35,389 nt of DNA from contig JAUCBJ010002667.1 of the NCBI GenBank assembly GCA_032718475.1, forward strand, positions 1 to 35,389, given 5' to 3'. Below the pieces are notes generated by a model, which saw only the letters and a program-made list of their open reading frames with translations, was not told where the DNA came from and did not search any database. A program made the translations under genes and the position numbers. Positions 1 to 13,000 of this stretch are shown one piece after another (the first letter of the stretch is position 1; each line of letters begins with the position of its first letter). The stretch is from Nemertoderma westbladi (taxonomy: Eukaryota > Animalia > Xenacoelomorpha).

Positions 1-1714
<1,714 letters not shown>

Positions 1715-2042
1715 AATGAAAAATTCATTCAGTTAAATTCATTCAAGTAACTTTTGAAAAATTTTGCTCAAGTTCGCGGGCGACCCGACGCCCCACGAAC
1801 GTGTCACACATCATACAGATATCCATAGTGTTCATACTACTAATTCATTAGTTACTGAGTAGTTTCAAGATTACCTTAATACGGTTTCACAAATAAGAAA
1901 TTACATTTTGAAACCAAATTATGTAATTTACACTGATTATTTTATACAGTGTATTTTACGAAATAGCCCAAGAGAGGTGCGATCCAATTCATCCATTAAT
2001 ATTTATTGTATATTCAAGTTTACCTCTGTATCTGACTTTACA

Positions 2043-2910
2043 ATGAGTGCGACAAAGAGGCCAGCTGTTGTAAATACGACTTCCAGTGAAGTGGATGAAA
2101 ACTTTTCCAATATCGTTATTGGCAAGCAGTTGAACTGCAGATTGTCTAATATTGAAAGAGCACGACCACGTTTAAGAAATATTTGCAAAAAACCTAATAT
2201 TTCAAATAATCCTAGAACTCAGAATTCAGAAAGGAAAAGTATGTATCCATTACAAGTAACTGGAATTTCAAAATTCTTAGCTCATAAAGTAAAAGAATCA
2301 TCAAATAGTGTCTCAACGGCAGCCTTAGTAGATCATGATTACCTACCCGATGATAAAGGATTGAATGAGTTTAAGAAACTCAACTGTGTGAAACTAGAAG
2401 AAAGTCAAGTTTCTACTGCAACTAACACTAGTTGTAATAATACATCGAGTATCTTAGGAGGAACGCCTTCAAACATAGCATCAATAGCACCAACTATTAA
2501 ACTCAGTGATACACATAATGATACTCGTAAAGTAGCAGGCAGGAAAAAGAAGCGACAAGATGAAGAATTCACGAAAAAATTAGAAATAGAAGATGATTTG
2601 AATATTGATGCAGAATACTTCACAACTTTGAATTTATATCCAAAGGGACAAGACGTTAAAGTTGTTAATGAAAATCCTCGACTAACAATTAAATTAAGTA
2701 ACTCAAATAAGACCCATAAAGAAGCCAAGATTCCAGAAGATGGGATTACTAATATTGGGAAGTTAACGCTGGAGAATCTGCCGATGAGGGAACGCAATTT
2801 GCCGGATTCTTTCTGGAAACCAGCCAATAAGAATATAGAAAATATATGGAGTATTTCTAAACCGATATTACCTCCCCTGTTTAATAATGATACTGGGGAA
2901 GACATTACAA
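2043..2910 (+). CDS. Coding exon 1 of an uncharacterised protein with a YAP/FAM181-like TEAD-binding omega-loop motif
   Basis: Long ORF; first ATG at 2043 (MSATKR). Contains PMRERNLPDSFWKP (2781-2822). Donor ACAA|GTTAGT at 2910/2911, phase 1. The start is uncertain: a possible acceptor TTTATACAG ends at 1949 and the frame is open upstream. Confidence 0.75.
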
Positions 2911-3228
2911 GTTAGTTGAGTTTTATATACGACAGAGCATTAGGACGTTATAGTGTCATAAGAAAATGCCGCTACCAAGCAAACACATACCCCCCCCCCC
3001 CCCCCCCCCCCTCCCACCTTCCTCCCTTTAAATAGCACGCAGGTTTTTAATATCTTTGGGACTTACAGCGCAGGAGGGGTGAGCACCAGACCTATCCCTA
3101 GTTTTGCTCCCAGTAATGCAACTGTTTCCCATATAATTATGTTTAAGATGGTCATTTGTTTACTAAATAATAAATTAAGTAACTTTAACCACTTATGTAA
3201 TTATATTAAATTAAATTGTATGTCACAG

Positions 3229-3385
3229 AAGTCAACCCACTTACACCTCCTCAGGATAAAAGAAGTACCAGCGTCCAACGTCGTGTTGTTAGACTAAATT
3301 CATCGCAATATGATTCACTAAACCAATTATTTGATGTTGCAGAAAAGAATATGTACAGAAGCAATGACCCACAACAATTTCGCAG
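3229..3385 (+). CDS. Coding exon 2 of the same gene (KVNPLTPPQD...DSLNQLFDV...QQFR)
   Basis: Acceptor TGTCACAG| at 3228 and donor CGCAG|GTAAAT at 3385. Phases (1 in, 2 out) match both neighbouring exons with no stop codon. Confidence 0.75.
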
Positions 3386-4095
3386 GTAAATATTTGTGGT
3401 ATTATGTCCTTTGTGTGGTCATCATGCCAACATTTCTAAAATTATTATAATTCAAAGTCTCCTAATCGTGACTCCAAAGCGATCAGGAGATGACAAAGTT
3501 TGGCAATGATTGATGCGACTGGATATGCCATTAACCTGGAGAGAGTTTACATATGAATTCATGTACTGGAACGCTGAATACAATCCCTCAAGTGGAAGTT
3601 GAGGTTGATAAAAGTAAAGTATCACGAGACTGCAGGGATGTCGTCACTTAATTTGCATTGAATCCGGGCAGTTAGCCTCATGGATAAATAAAACCTTTTG
3701 ATATCACAAAATTTGCATATTCTAAATAACTTTTAAATAAATAGCCACATTCAAACTTTTAACAAATTTGTTGTATACCTTGTGTCTTACTAAGTCGAAA
3801 TTACGTATAACACGATTGTGCTGTTGCTTTAATTAAATAACCGACGATGTTTAAAAAAAATTAATTACCGATATACTGTCTGATCAGCTGAAAAGAAAGT
3901 TTCTACAAAGTGTCAAAAAACTTAACACAGCATTTCCATACTCGGGGAATGAAACAATTTGTTCATAGTTATTCAAGTTATCAAAGCTATAATTTCAAGT
4001 ATTTAAGATTTTGTGGATATGGCGTACATAATTTTAATTGTTTTACAATTTTTTATATTTCATATTTAAATGACCTAAATTTGGTTTTCTTTCAG

Positions 4096-4474
4096 AAGTA
4101 CATTTCTTGATAATCCCACTGTTATGCCAAATTTGGTTAACAACCCATATATGGATTCGAGTACTAATCAGATGGTTACGATGGATACAGATATTGCTAG
4201 TGATGCTGCCATGTTGTGGAAACATGATCCACTGATTTCTCACACAACTGATTGTCCATTGTTACCCCAAATACCTCCCGAACTTCTACTGAAACAACAA
4301 CAAATCTTCCGGATACCCAATAATATTATGTCACATAAAACAGCTGGAAATACTAATTTAATTAATATCGGAGATGACAGGACTAAGGAGAAACGGATAG
4401 TTGATATACGTGGTTTAGCTTTAGAGGAATCTACATATGCGAATATATTGCAAGATTTAGTTGCGAATATGTGA
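4096..4474 (+). CDS. Terminal coding exon 3 of the same gene (STFLDNP...YANILQDLVANM*)
   Basis: Acceptor TTTTCTTTCAG| at 4095, in frame with ORF 4124-4474. Spliced CDS is 868+157+379 = 1404 nt, giving 467 aa plus stop. Confidence 0.78.
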
Positions 4475-5463
4475 CAAACTAACAACAAATACTATTCAAC
4501 TTTAACTTTATCACAAAGGATCCCACATTTACAAACAAGCGTTCTGAGTAACTGGGATATTGAAACGAAGCACCAATGTGATATAAATATTATTCATTCG
4601 ATTTAACATGCTGGAATACGTAACAATACAATTAATAACAATAATTGATTGCAATTACTTTGCAAAAATTGCAACGATTGCAAAAAATTAGTCCCATAGC
4701 GCTGGAGTTTTGAGTTAATTTAGTTGTATATCATTCTCACATCGCTATGAAATATGTTTTCAAGTGGCTAAAATGTTTAGAATTAGCTTAATAATAGGAA
4801 CATATTAATAATTTATATTAATACAGTAGATTCATTATGTGGATGCTTTAAGCAGAAAAACATGATCAATTATGTGGTCGAAGGTGTTGTCATGGAGGCG
4901 GTCAACTTTAAGATCTGGGGAAGTGGAAGCAATTTATCGACTAAGACAAACAACTAGCCTCAAGATAGCCTCCAAGAGCCTCCAAGGCGTTCCTGAACTA
5001 TGCTGGTAGTCCCTCACTCCGATCCTGATCGACAACACGGCATCCATCCTTGGGACCATATACCTTTATCTTCTAGGGATAAATCCGCGGACCTGTTTAG
5101 AGTATTCTCCCGCCTCCAAACTCATCACCCCTGTGGCTTAATCTAACATCATTAGTGGCTGTCTTTAATTTGATATTCTCATAGTTCTTACTTGACAATG
5201 ACATAATTTTTAATAATATAAAAATATATCATGGTATACAATATAAAACATAATTTGGAATTGAAGGCCAATGACTCCCATCCGTGCTCTCCAAACTATA
5301 TCTTTTTATCATTATATCCAATAATACTTTTCGAAAAACTGCAATGAATAGGGTTGGTGCACGAAAATATTGTTGGGCTAGAAACAGTTACAAGGTGCCC
5401 TGAATCGATTGACGGGTGTATGTTTTTGTAAAAACATGTGGAAACGGTCGAAATGACGGGTTT

Positions 5464-6391
5464 CCCAGTGAAAAGTACGCAAGCGTATCGCAAACGTATC
5501 GCAAGCGAGCAACGCAGGCGTATCTGATGTGATTCCCAAGAGTTATGGCCCGATCTTTACCCAAGCGACCTACTTCCGTTAAGTCGCATAGATATCGCAA
5601 CAACTTGCGTTAAGTCGCATAAATATCGCAACAACTTGCGTTCAGTCGCATAAAACTCACATGTGATTCACTTGCGACTTTCAAGCGTCATGACGCATAA
5701 ATATCACAAAAATCTACTGGTTGTGATTTATGTGTGATATATTGAGACCTTTTGTGACAGAAAATATGATACAGTAGTTGATAATTCCAATACTGTTTGA
5801 TACTATTCGCTTCCATATCATCTGCCTACTGTACGTACCTTACATTACATTACATTACACTCTCTAGACATAAAACATCATGTATGAATTTATACTAGAA
5901 ATGGTTGGTTATATACATGATAATACAAATAGATTAGAATAACCATGATACACTTTTAACTATTCCCTATAATTTTCAATTCTATAAAATATATTAATAT
6001 AATCTCTGTATTCGACAGCCATATTAGATAATTCATATTCAGCAATTTTATATTTTAAAACTATTTATTTCTTGATAGGCAACTTTATTTTAATTAATAA
6101 TCTTGAGTGTAATTAAAACCATGCGATTCACATGGGAATTAACGCATGAGATTCTCATGATGTAAAACATGCGTAAAATAAGCGTTAAATGAGGTGTGAT
6201 TCGCATGCGATTTTCATGCACGGAATCAAATGCGTAAAATAAGTTGCGAAGCGTATGCGTGGAATCGCTTCCCTATTTTACATGTGAATCACATGCGAAT
6301 CACAAGAGTTTTATCGCTATTTATTGAGCCGCAATAAAAACGCATGACGCATTAAAATCACTTGCGATACGCAGGCGCATTTTTCACTGAG
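5464..6391. mobile_element. Non-autonomous TIR DNA element (MITE; CCCAGTGAAAA terminus, possibly CACTA/EnSpm-like)
   Basis: Imperfect ~30-bp TIRs: CCCAGTGAAAAGTACGCAAGCGTATCGCAA versus the reverse complement of TTGCGATACGCAGGCGCATTTTTCACTGAG. Subterminal 31-bp tandem repeats at ~5578-5650 and many short palindromes. No ORF and no clear TSD. Confidence 0.75.
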
Positions 6392-6510
6392 AAATAAGCG
6401 CGGGAAATCAATTTGAAAATCGGCTGTGATTGGCTGCTACATATTTAACGTTATTACAATGTACTCTGATAATTTATAATCTCGTGGAATCTGCCGGCAA
6501 TACCCGAATG

Positions 6511-7746
6511 TGTAAAAGCCTTTGCTGAATTGCCCCGTTATTTTTATTATCTTTTACATTAAAATACTCTGTAGTTGATTTAATAAGTGTAAGAGACCGT
6601 ATTATTGCTGTATCGGTGTTTTTAGAGGATCTAAGACCTATTTCCTCCGTATGTGTACTGTGAAAGGTATATTTTATGATTCTATGGCAATTCGTGACGC
6701 AAAGGGGTGATAGCTACTCTTGAACAGTAGTTACTATGACTACGGTTAACAGCTGACATTCATACGTGTTGATTTCCTTTGTTCTACGGCGTCTCTCAGT
6801 TCAGTCAGCCAATTAGAGCGTTTTTGTGGCTCCTTGTACAGAAAATTTCCGAGAAATGACGCAATGCCTATGTGCAGTGTTTACATTCAGTCCTGAGCCA
6901 AAGAAAGAACGGCTTGGAAGTATTTTGTGCTTTACTGTTTTAGCCGTACACTAGTAGGCTTAATCATAAGGACATATATCCGTTATCTAACTTGACTAAC
7001 CTAACTCAATGCAATCAATGCATACTGCAGTACTGCATACACTGCATACTGTGTAACACTGTGCATACTTTATATTGTTATACTGCTATTTGCTGTCTGT
7101 ACTTCATAATATGGTTGATGAATTATTATATTTGGAATAACGATAAATAACCCAGAAAACCCAATATTCTTGATATACTGAAGGTAAGAGAGAAAGGTTA
7201 TACATAACGATTGTGACTTATGTTAAAGTGGTTTGAAGTGAATCTAATGTTATTTGATAGCCCCTACATGAGTCAGTCCGTGTTCCTTTTATATGTAACT
7301 AAAATCAGTGAAGATCGGCAGATCAGTGTGCAGTATTGTGCAGCATTGTGTGCGAGTGATACTGATAACGAAGCAATTCCTAAAGAATGCGCCATATATG
7401 TGAATTATAATTAAGCCATATCGTTGTGATTAGTTTAAGTCATAACTCTGTTTATATAGATAGAGCGCCACGTCCTAAAGGAACTGTTAATATTCCCCGA
7501 AAGTGAATAATATTGTCAGAGATTATATAATACTGTCAGTCGAATAATACATTAAGCTTACATAGCAATAAAATTAAGCCGTCGAACCCAATCTCCCGGG
7601 AATTATCCAGCGGGTGAATGATCGCGCACAGATTGGTTTCGACTAGTGTAGTGAATCAAATATTTGTCATCGGCTAAAGTGATTTATTATCTAACAGACA
7701 TCCTAATTTGGCGGGTTAAACTGCCAAAGGTCTGAAAGCGCGAACA
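6511..7746 (+). repeat. 5' LTR (1236 bp)
   Basis: TGTAAAAGCC...GCGCGAACA; matches 17189-18424 at offset 10678. One difference seen by eye (C7025 vs G17703). Confidence 0.97.
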
Positions 7747-7758
7747 ATAACGGATATA
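7747..7758 (+). promoter_or_regulatory. Atypical primer-binding site ATAACGGATATA (non-TGG; complementary to LTR 6975-6986)
   Basis: Occupies the PBS position directly after the LTR-terminal CA and is the exact reverse complement of TATATCCGTTAT inside the LTR. Confidence 0.55.
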
Positions 7759-7959
7759 GCTTCTTTATTGCAGTAAGCAATAAAGTCGAAAGTACCGGTC
7801 GACCGGTAACCAGTAGGCCTGACTGCCTGATCATCCGGACCGGTACCTACAGCAGTATTATTCGATTTTGATAATTATATACCGGTAGGCCTTAATAATT
7901 AATCAGGGAGGGCCCGCCCTGGTTTTTTATTGAGACTTTTACTTATTTCTGTCAAGTTT

Positions 7960-8595
7960 TATTTGTTTGTAGGCCAGTATTGAACAGAAGGCGTGTAAGC
8001 CTGATCATATTGTACAGACAAGTTGTAGGCTGAGCTGTTGTCTGATTGCTGTTAAGTCTGAACGGATTGCAGTGTGTGTAGGTCACCTGTCCGATAAAGA
8101 ACGGTTGGGAAGTTGGGGTAGCCATTGCAGTAAAGTAAACCCCCAATTAAAGAATAAGTCGTACTACTGGGTTAGAACGCATACTACCTAACTATTTCGG
8201 AGTCTGCATGTCCTGTAGTTTATTTAGGCTTGAGAGTAGTCTGCCATCGTTTGGTCTGTACTTTGTTTGTGTAGTCTGTACAGGTAGCGTATAATATTAT
8301 TTAGATAATTTGTAGGCTGGATAGTTGTCTGGCTGTTATTAGGTCTGAACGGATTGCAGTCTGTGTAGAGCCCTTGTCCGATAAAGAACGGTTGGGAAGT
8401 TGGGGCAGCCAAAGCTATAAGGTAAACCCCCAATTAAAGAATAAGTCGTACTACTGGGTTAGAACGCATACTACCTAATTATTTCGGAGTCTGCATATAC
8501 CGTAGTTTGTTTAGGCTTGATAGTAGTCTGTCAGTGTTCGGTCTGTATTTTGTTTGAGTAGTTTGTACGCGTAGCGTAATATTTATTATTCAGAA
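7960..8595. repeat. ~287-bp tandem duplication (about 2.2 copies) in the retroelement leader
   Basis: CCCCAATTAAAGAATAAGTCGTACTACTGGGTTAGAACGCATACTACCTAA recurs at offset 287; flanking parts are diverged and the boundaries approximate. Confidence 0.9.
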
Positions 8596-9519
8596 TTTAT
8601 GCGATTATTCGCAACATTCATTCCCCAAGTTTGTTCCTACAGTAATTGTGTTTGTTATACATACAGCTATAGTTAAATTAACCCCGGTACTACACGGGCT
8701 GCTCGGCGTAGGTAAAGACTGGTGATTTTGTGCATCGGTCACTCCAGCAGATGCCGTGGTTCTTTTAGCTGTTCAAGTATATTTAACTACTGATTATCTG
8801 TTGTACAAGTACTCGTACCTAATTTAGGGTTTAGTGTACAGTACTTTCCGAAGTAATTATTGTAGGCATTATATTTGTGTTGTAAAGTGGTTGATAGGCA
8901 CATTCGATTAGCTCTATTAACTTCTAGGTAGGAACACTCCGTGATACATAACGTAGAACCTATAGCGATACGGCTATAGGTCGTCAGGCGGTGGTATTTT
9001 CCTATCTAGACAACGCAGTGTATTTACTACTACTTATTATTTCAAATACCGCAGTACCCTGTCCGTTGTAATAACCAGTTTTCTAACCCTTTGTTAGGCT
9101 GGTTTGTAGACTTCTTGTAAAATTACCCTAAAAATTCGTATTTTGTGTTTTTTGTAAATTTTTGCATTTATTTAGAGATTGTAATCTCACCCGAATTGTA
9201 CGTAATTTGTAGTATTAAGTAACTTAGGTAAATTAGTAATATTTGTTTTAGTGTCTATAAGTAACACTTCACTGAAAGCGCACCGCTTTGTGTAGTGATT
9301 ACTCCCCAGAAATAATAACATTTATTTCAAACATTGACAAAACCCATTAAAACGGGTATATATATATTATAAATCAAATCTAACGATTTATAAATAGTAG
9401 GCCTACCATACAACCATTAGGTCTCAATATCAGTTGGATTACTGCTCAAATAACAGTAATAAAGTAAGTAAGGTAACCAAGTAACCCTGGAAATTCAGAA
9501 ATTCAGTTATTTAAAATAA

Positions 9520-9940
9520 TTGATATACCGGTATTTACAATAGGCTTATTATATTTATTTCTATAAATATTAGGTTGAAATCATACCGGTATTCTGTAAT
9601 TAATTCTAGTTTGTAATTATACTTATATATATACACTGTAAGTGTAAACTGCATACCGGTATTTACGATAGGCCTATTATCTTTATTTCTATAAATTTAG
9701 GCTGAAATTATACCGGTACTTGTAATTAATTCTAGTCCAGAATTATATATACTACAAACTGTAAGCTGTATACCGGTATTCCGATAGGCCTATTATATAT
9801 TTATATATATTTGTGCTAAAATTATACCGGTATTCTGTGATAAACCTAGTCTGTAATAATAGTTATATATACTATAAGCATACCGGTATTCTAATATATT
9901 ATATATATCACGCTACACTGAGTAGCAGTACCGGTAATTA
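9520..9940. repeat. Degenerate tandem array with eight TACCGGTA palindromes upstream of gag
   Basis: TACCGGTA at 9526, 9584, 9654, 9711, 9771, 9825, 9881 and 9929, within AT-rich alternating subunits. Confidence 0.9.
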
Positions 9941-10024
9941 ATTACTAGGCTAACAGTTAATACTGAGTTACTAGACTTGCTCAGACTGTAATACAGCAGT
10001 AGACATTCAACTGTACACATAAGC

Positions 10025-13000
10025 ATGTCTGACGCAAAGCAGAACCTGTCAGACAGTCTACTAGATACAACCGAGAGCGAAGTGACAGCAGAGAAACCGC
10101 ATAAGAGGGATGCCATTGACATTTATCTGTCAGACTATCAGCGTTTTTTGGGAGATGAAGAGTTGAGGAGAAGGCTAGAGGGACTTAGCCCTAATAGCGA
10201 AGGAGCCAAACTTGTGTTAGATGCGATTGATGTGGATAGGTTAGCGGCGAACCAAGCTAAATTCGATGAACAACTCCGCATCGCTAGAGAAAAGGAAGAA
10301 CAAGTAAAGAAAAAACGTATAGAAGATAGAAAGGCAGCGGCAGTGGCAGCAGCAGTAGCAGAGGCAGAAGCGGAAAGAAAGGCGGCAGCAGCAGTGGCAG
10401 AGGCAGAAGCGGAAAGAAAGGCAGCAGTGGCAGAGGCCGAAGCGGAAAGGAAAGCGGCAGTAGCAGAGGCAGCGGCAGAAACCGAAAGAAAAGCAGCACT
10501 GGCAATAGCAGAGGCAGTGGTAGAAGCAGAACGGAGGGCATCTGAAGAGGCAACCCAACTAGAGTTGGAAATTCTTCAAGAGAAGCAAGACAACTTCAAT
10601 AAACAGTTAACAGCGAGCAATATGCAGATGATGAGTCGATCTACTCCCAAGAGACAGGGGTATACATCATCTGAGGAAGGCGATACCACCAACACCGAAG
10701 GCGGAGGAAATCGACCTCGCCTAAGCAGACGTAAAAGAACATTCCACCGTCAGAAATTGCCTGATTTGCCTCCAGCTGTTAGAAGGCAACTAAATAACAC
10801 CAACTTAGGTAGTACAGAGCCCACAGACCAAATAATTACAATAGAAAGACTCCCTACTATAGTAGATGAGCCTGAAATAATTAGGCCTGTTCTTGAAATC
10901 ACCCCTTCGGTGATAGACACACCTGTGCTCCCTGAAGCTACTTCTAAATTCCCTCTACATAGCACTAAGCTACCTGTGCCCAGTAGAACTGCCCAGGAGA
11001 CAGTTCAGGTCCTGGACCCCGAGCGAAATATTCCAGATTTGTCGCCCGTTGTCCCTCGTCCGCCCGCTACGACGTTGGCGGATCCCGTTTCGGCGGTTGA
11101 TTGGGTGGACGAGAGACGGCGGGGGATGGACATTCTCCTCAGAAAGATGGAGGAGAATCAAACACGCTCCTCTCAACAGGTCCGAGAGTTAGAAGGGACT
11201 GTTCAACAGTTAAAGGGCACAGTAAGGGAAAGTAGGCTGGAGTTGCAAGAAGTGCAGCAAAGTATCGCGCTAGAGCGCGATAAATTAGTAAATACTCAAA
11301 AGGGTATACCACCACCCTCTGTAACAATGTGTCAACCCGTTAGGTCTGAAGTATCCCATGCGCAAGGTGTGGAGCCTACACGCATTTATACTGCTAGCGA
11401 AGTAGAAACTCCTATAGTGAACCCTATTAAGGGTAATTATAGACCTGTTGATAATGATATTCCATATAGAACTGACCATAATCCTAGAAATTTATATACC
11501 GATAACTCGATATTAAATAGCACGATGGCCCAAGAAAGTTTTACGCGTCAAATGGCTAGAACCGAAGCCCGGCAAGCGGTAAAGGTTGGAGAGATCGTCA
11601 AGTTCAATGGAGATGAGATGAAATGGTTACCTTTTAATGAATATTACAAAGATAACATACAGAACTCTGTACTATCTAATGGAGAAAAACTTAGATACCT
11701 CATCGAGTGCTTGGAAGGATCTCCCAAGTTAATGGCGTTAAAGTTTATTGGACATCCAGACGGATTAAGACAAGTTTGGGATACACTAAACATCAGGTAT
11801 GGTAATAGGAATAATATCGCTGGGTACTTATATGCAAAGTTAGTAGCGCCCCGAAAGTTTATTAGTAGCGGAATTATCGAGTTTTCCGATGAGATCCAGG
11901 AGATCTGCAGACAATTAGATTGGCTAGGTAAGTCTCATGAGTATCAGAACACTATGGTTATTAGAGCAGTGGCTTCTACTTTACCGAAAGGTGGAGTAGG
12001 CACACGCTGGGATAAGAAAGTTTTATATATGATGGAACAACAACGGCGAGACCCTACCATGGCTGATCTCATGTCATTCCTAGATGGAGAAGTGAAATTA
12101 CAGCTCCTGAAACAGTCTAGGGAGAAAACACCGGAAAACAAGGTAAGTGAAAAACCCGTCTCTAGGAGAAAAATAACACCAGTATGTTATACCGATGACG
12201 GCGAAAGCCAGACTTCTCAAGGAGAAGATAGCGGGAAGGACACGGATAGATCTTATTACGTGAATAAAATGCCTAAAGATCAGGTAAGTAAATTTAAGTC
12301 TCGAACAAATGACAGGAGGGAACAGGTAAGAAAAACTCCTCCCACGTCTCCCAAGAGAATTCAGGTGAGAAAGCCCGAAGAAAAGGCAAGTGTACACAAT
12401 GTGACTCAGAATAAGGTAAGTAACATCAAGCCGAAATGTGTGCTGTGCGACGGGCCCCACCGTTTAAATGCGTGTGATAAATTCCTGAGGAAATCACTAA
12501 AGGATAGACGTGAAGTCATGTGGGATAAGCGGTTGTGTTATAATTGTCTCAGACGAGGACACCAACGGCGAACCTGTAACTCCGACGCAAGGTGTGCGAA
12601 GTGCGGCGCAAAACATCATATCCTGTTGCACACGGAATTCGAACGAAACAGCCCGAGTCAGGTAAGTGAGTCCGAACTACATGTCCAATTCAGTGATGTG
12701 AACGACACTGATCAATCTGAGATGGAAGGATTCTATACGGACGAGTTCTCCGACCAAAACGAATCCTGTTACCTAATAAACACCACCGCAGTGTATCGAG
12801 CACTCGTGTATGAGAAAGACACAGACAGCGACCTTACCTTAACTACTTCCGATCAACAACCATCTTGGAAAGCGCCAACTTCCAATATAGGAATCCGAGA
12901 ATTTCCTGTAGTCCAGTTACGGGTCCACGGACCTCAGAAGAGCTATATAGTGAACGCCCTCCTGGACTCCGGTAGCACAGGAACATTCATCGATAGGGAA

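Noticed and set aside
3450-3690. Possible alternative exon in intron 2 of the + strand gene
   Set aside because: The phase-compatible frame stops after ~16 codons and the acceptor is weak.
2043-4474. Calling the + strand gene YAP/yorkie or FAM181
   Set aside because: No WW domain and only a short motif match; orthology cannot be established without a search.
7220-7414. 64-aa ORF, duplicated at 17898-18092
   Set aside because: Duplicated only because it lies within the LTRs; short and without motifs.
10241-10558. Cys-rich and Leu/Pro-rich minus-strand ORFs
   Set aside because: Antisense shadows of the GCA/GAG-rich coiled-coil repeat in gag.
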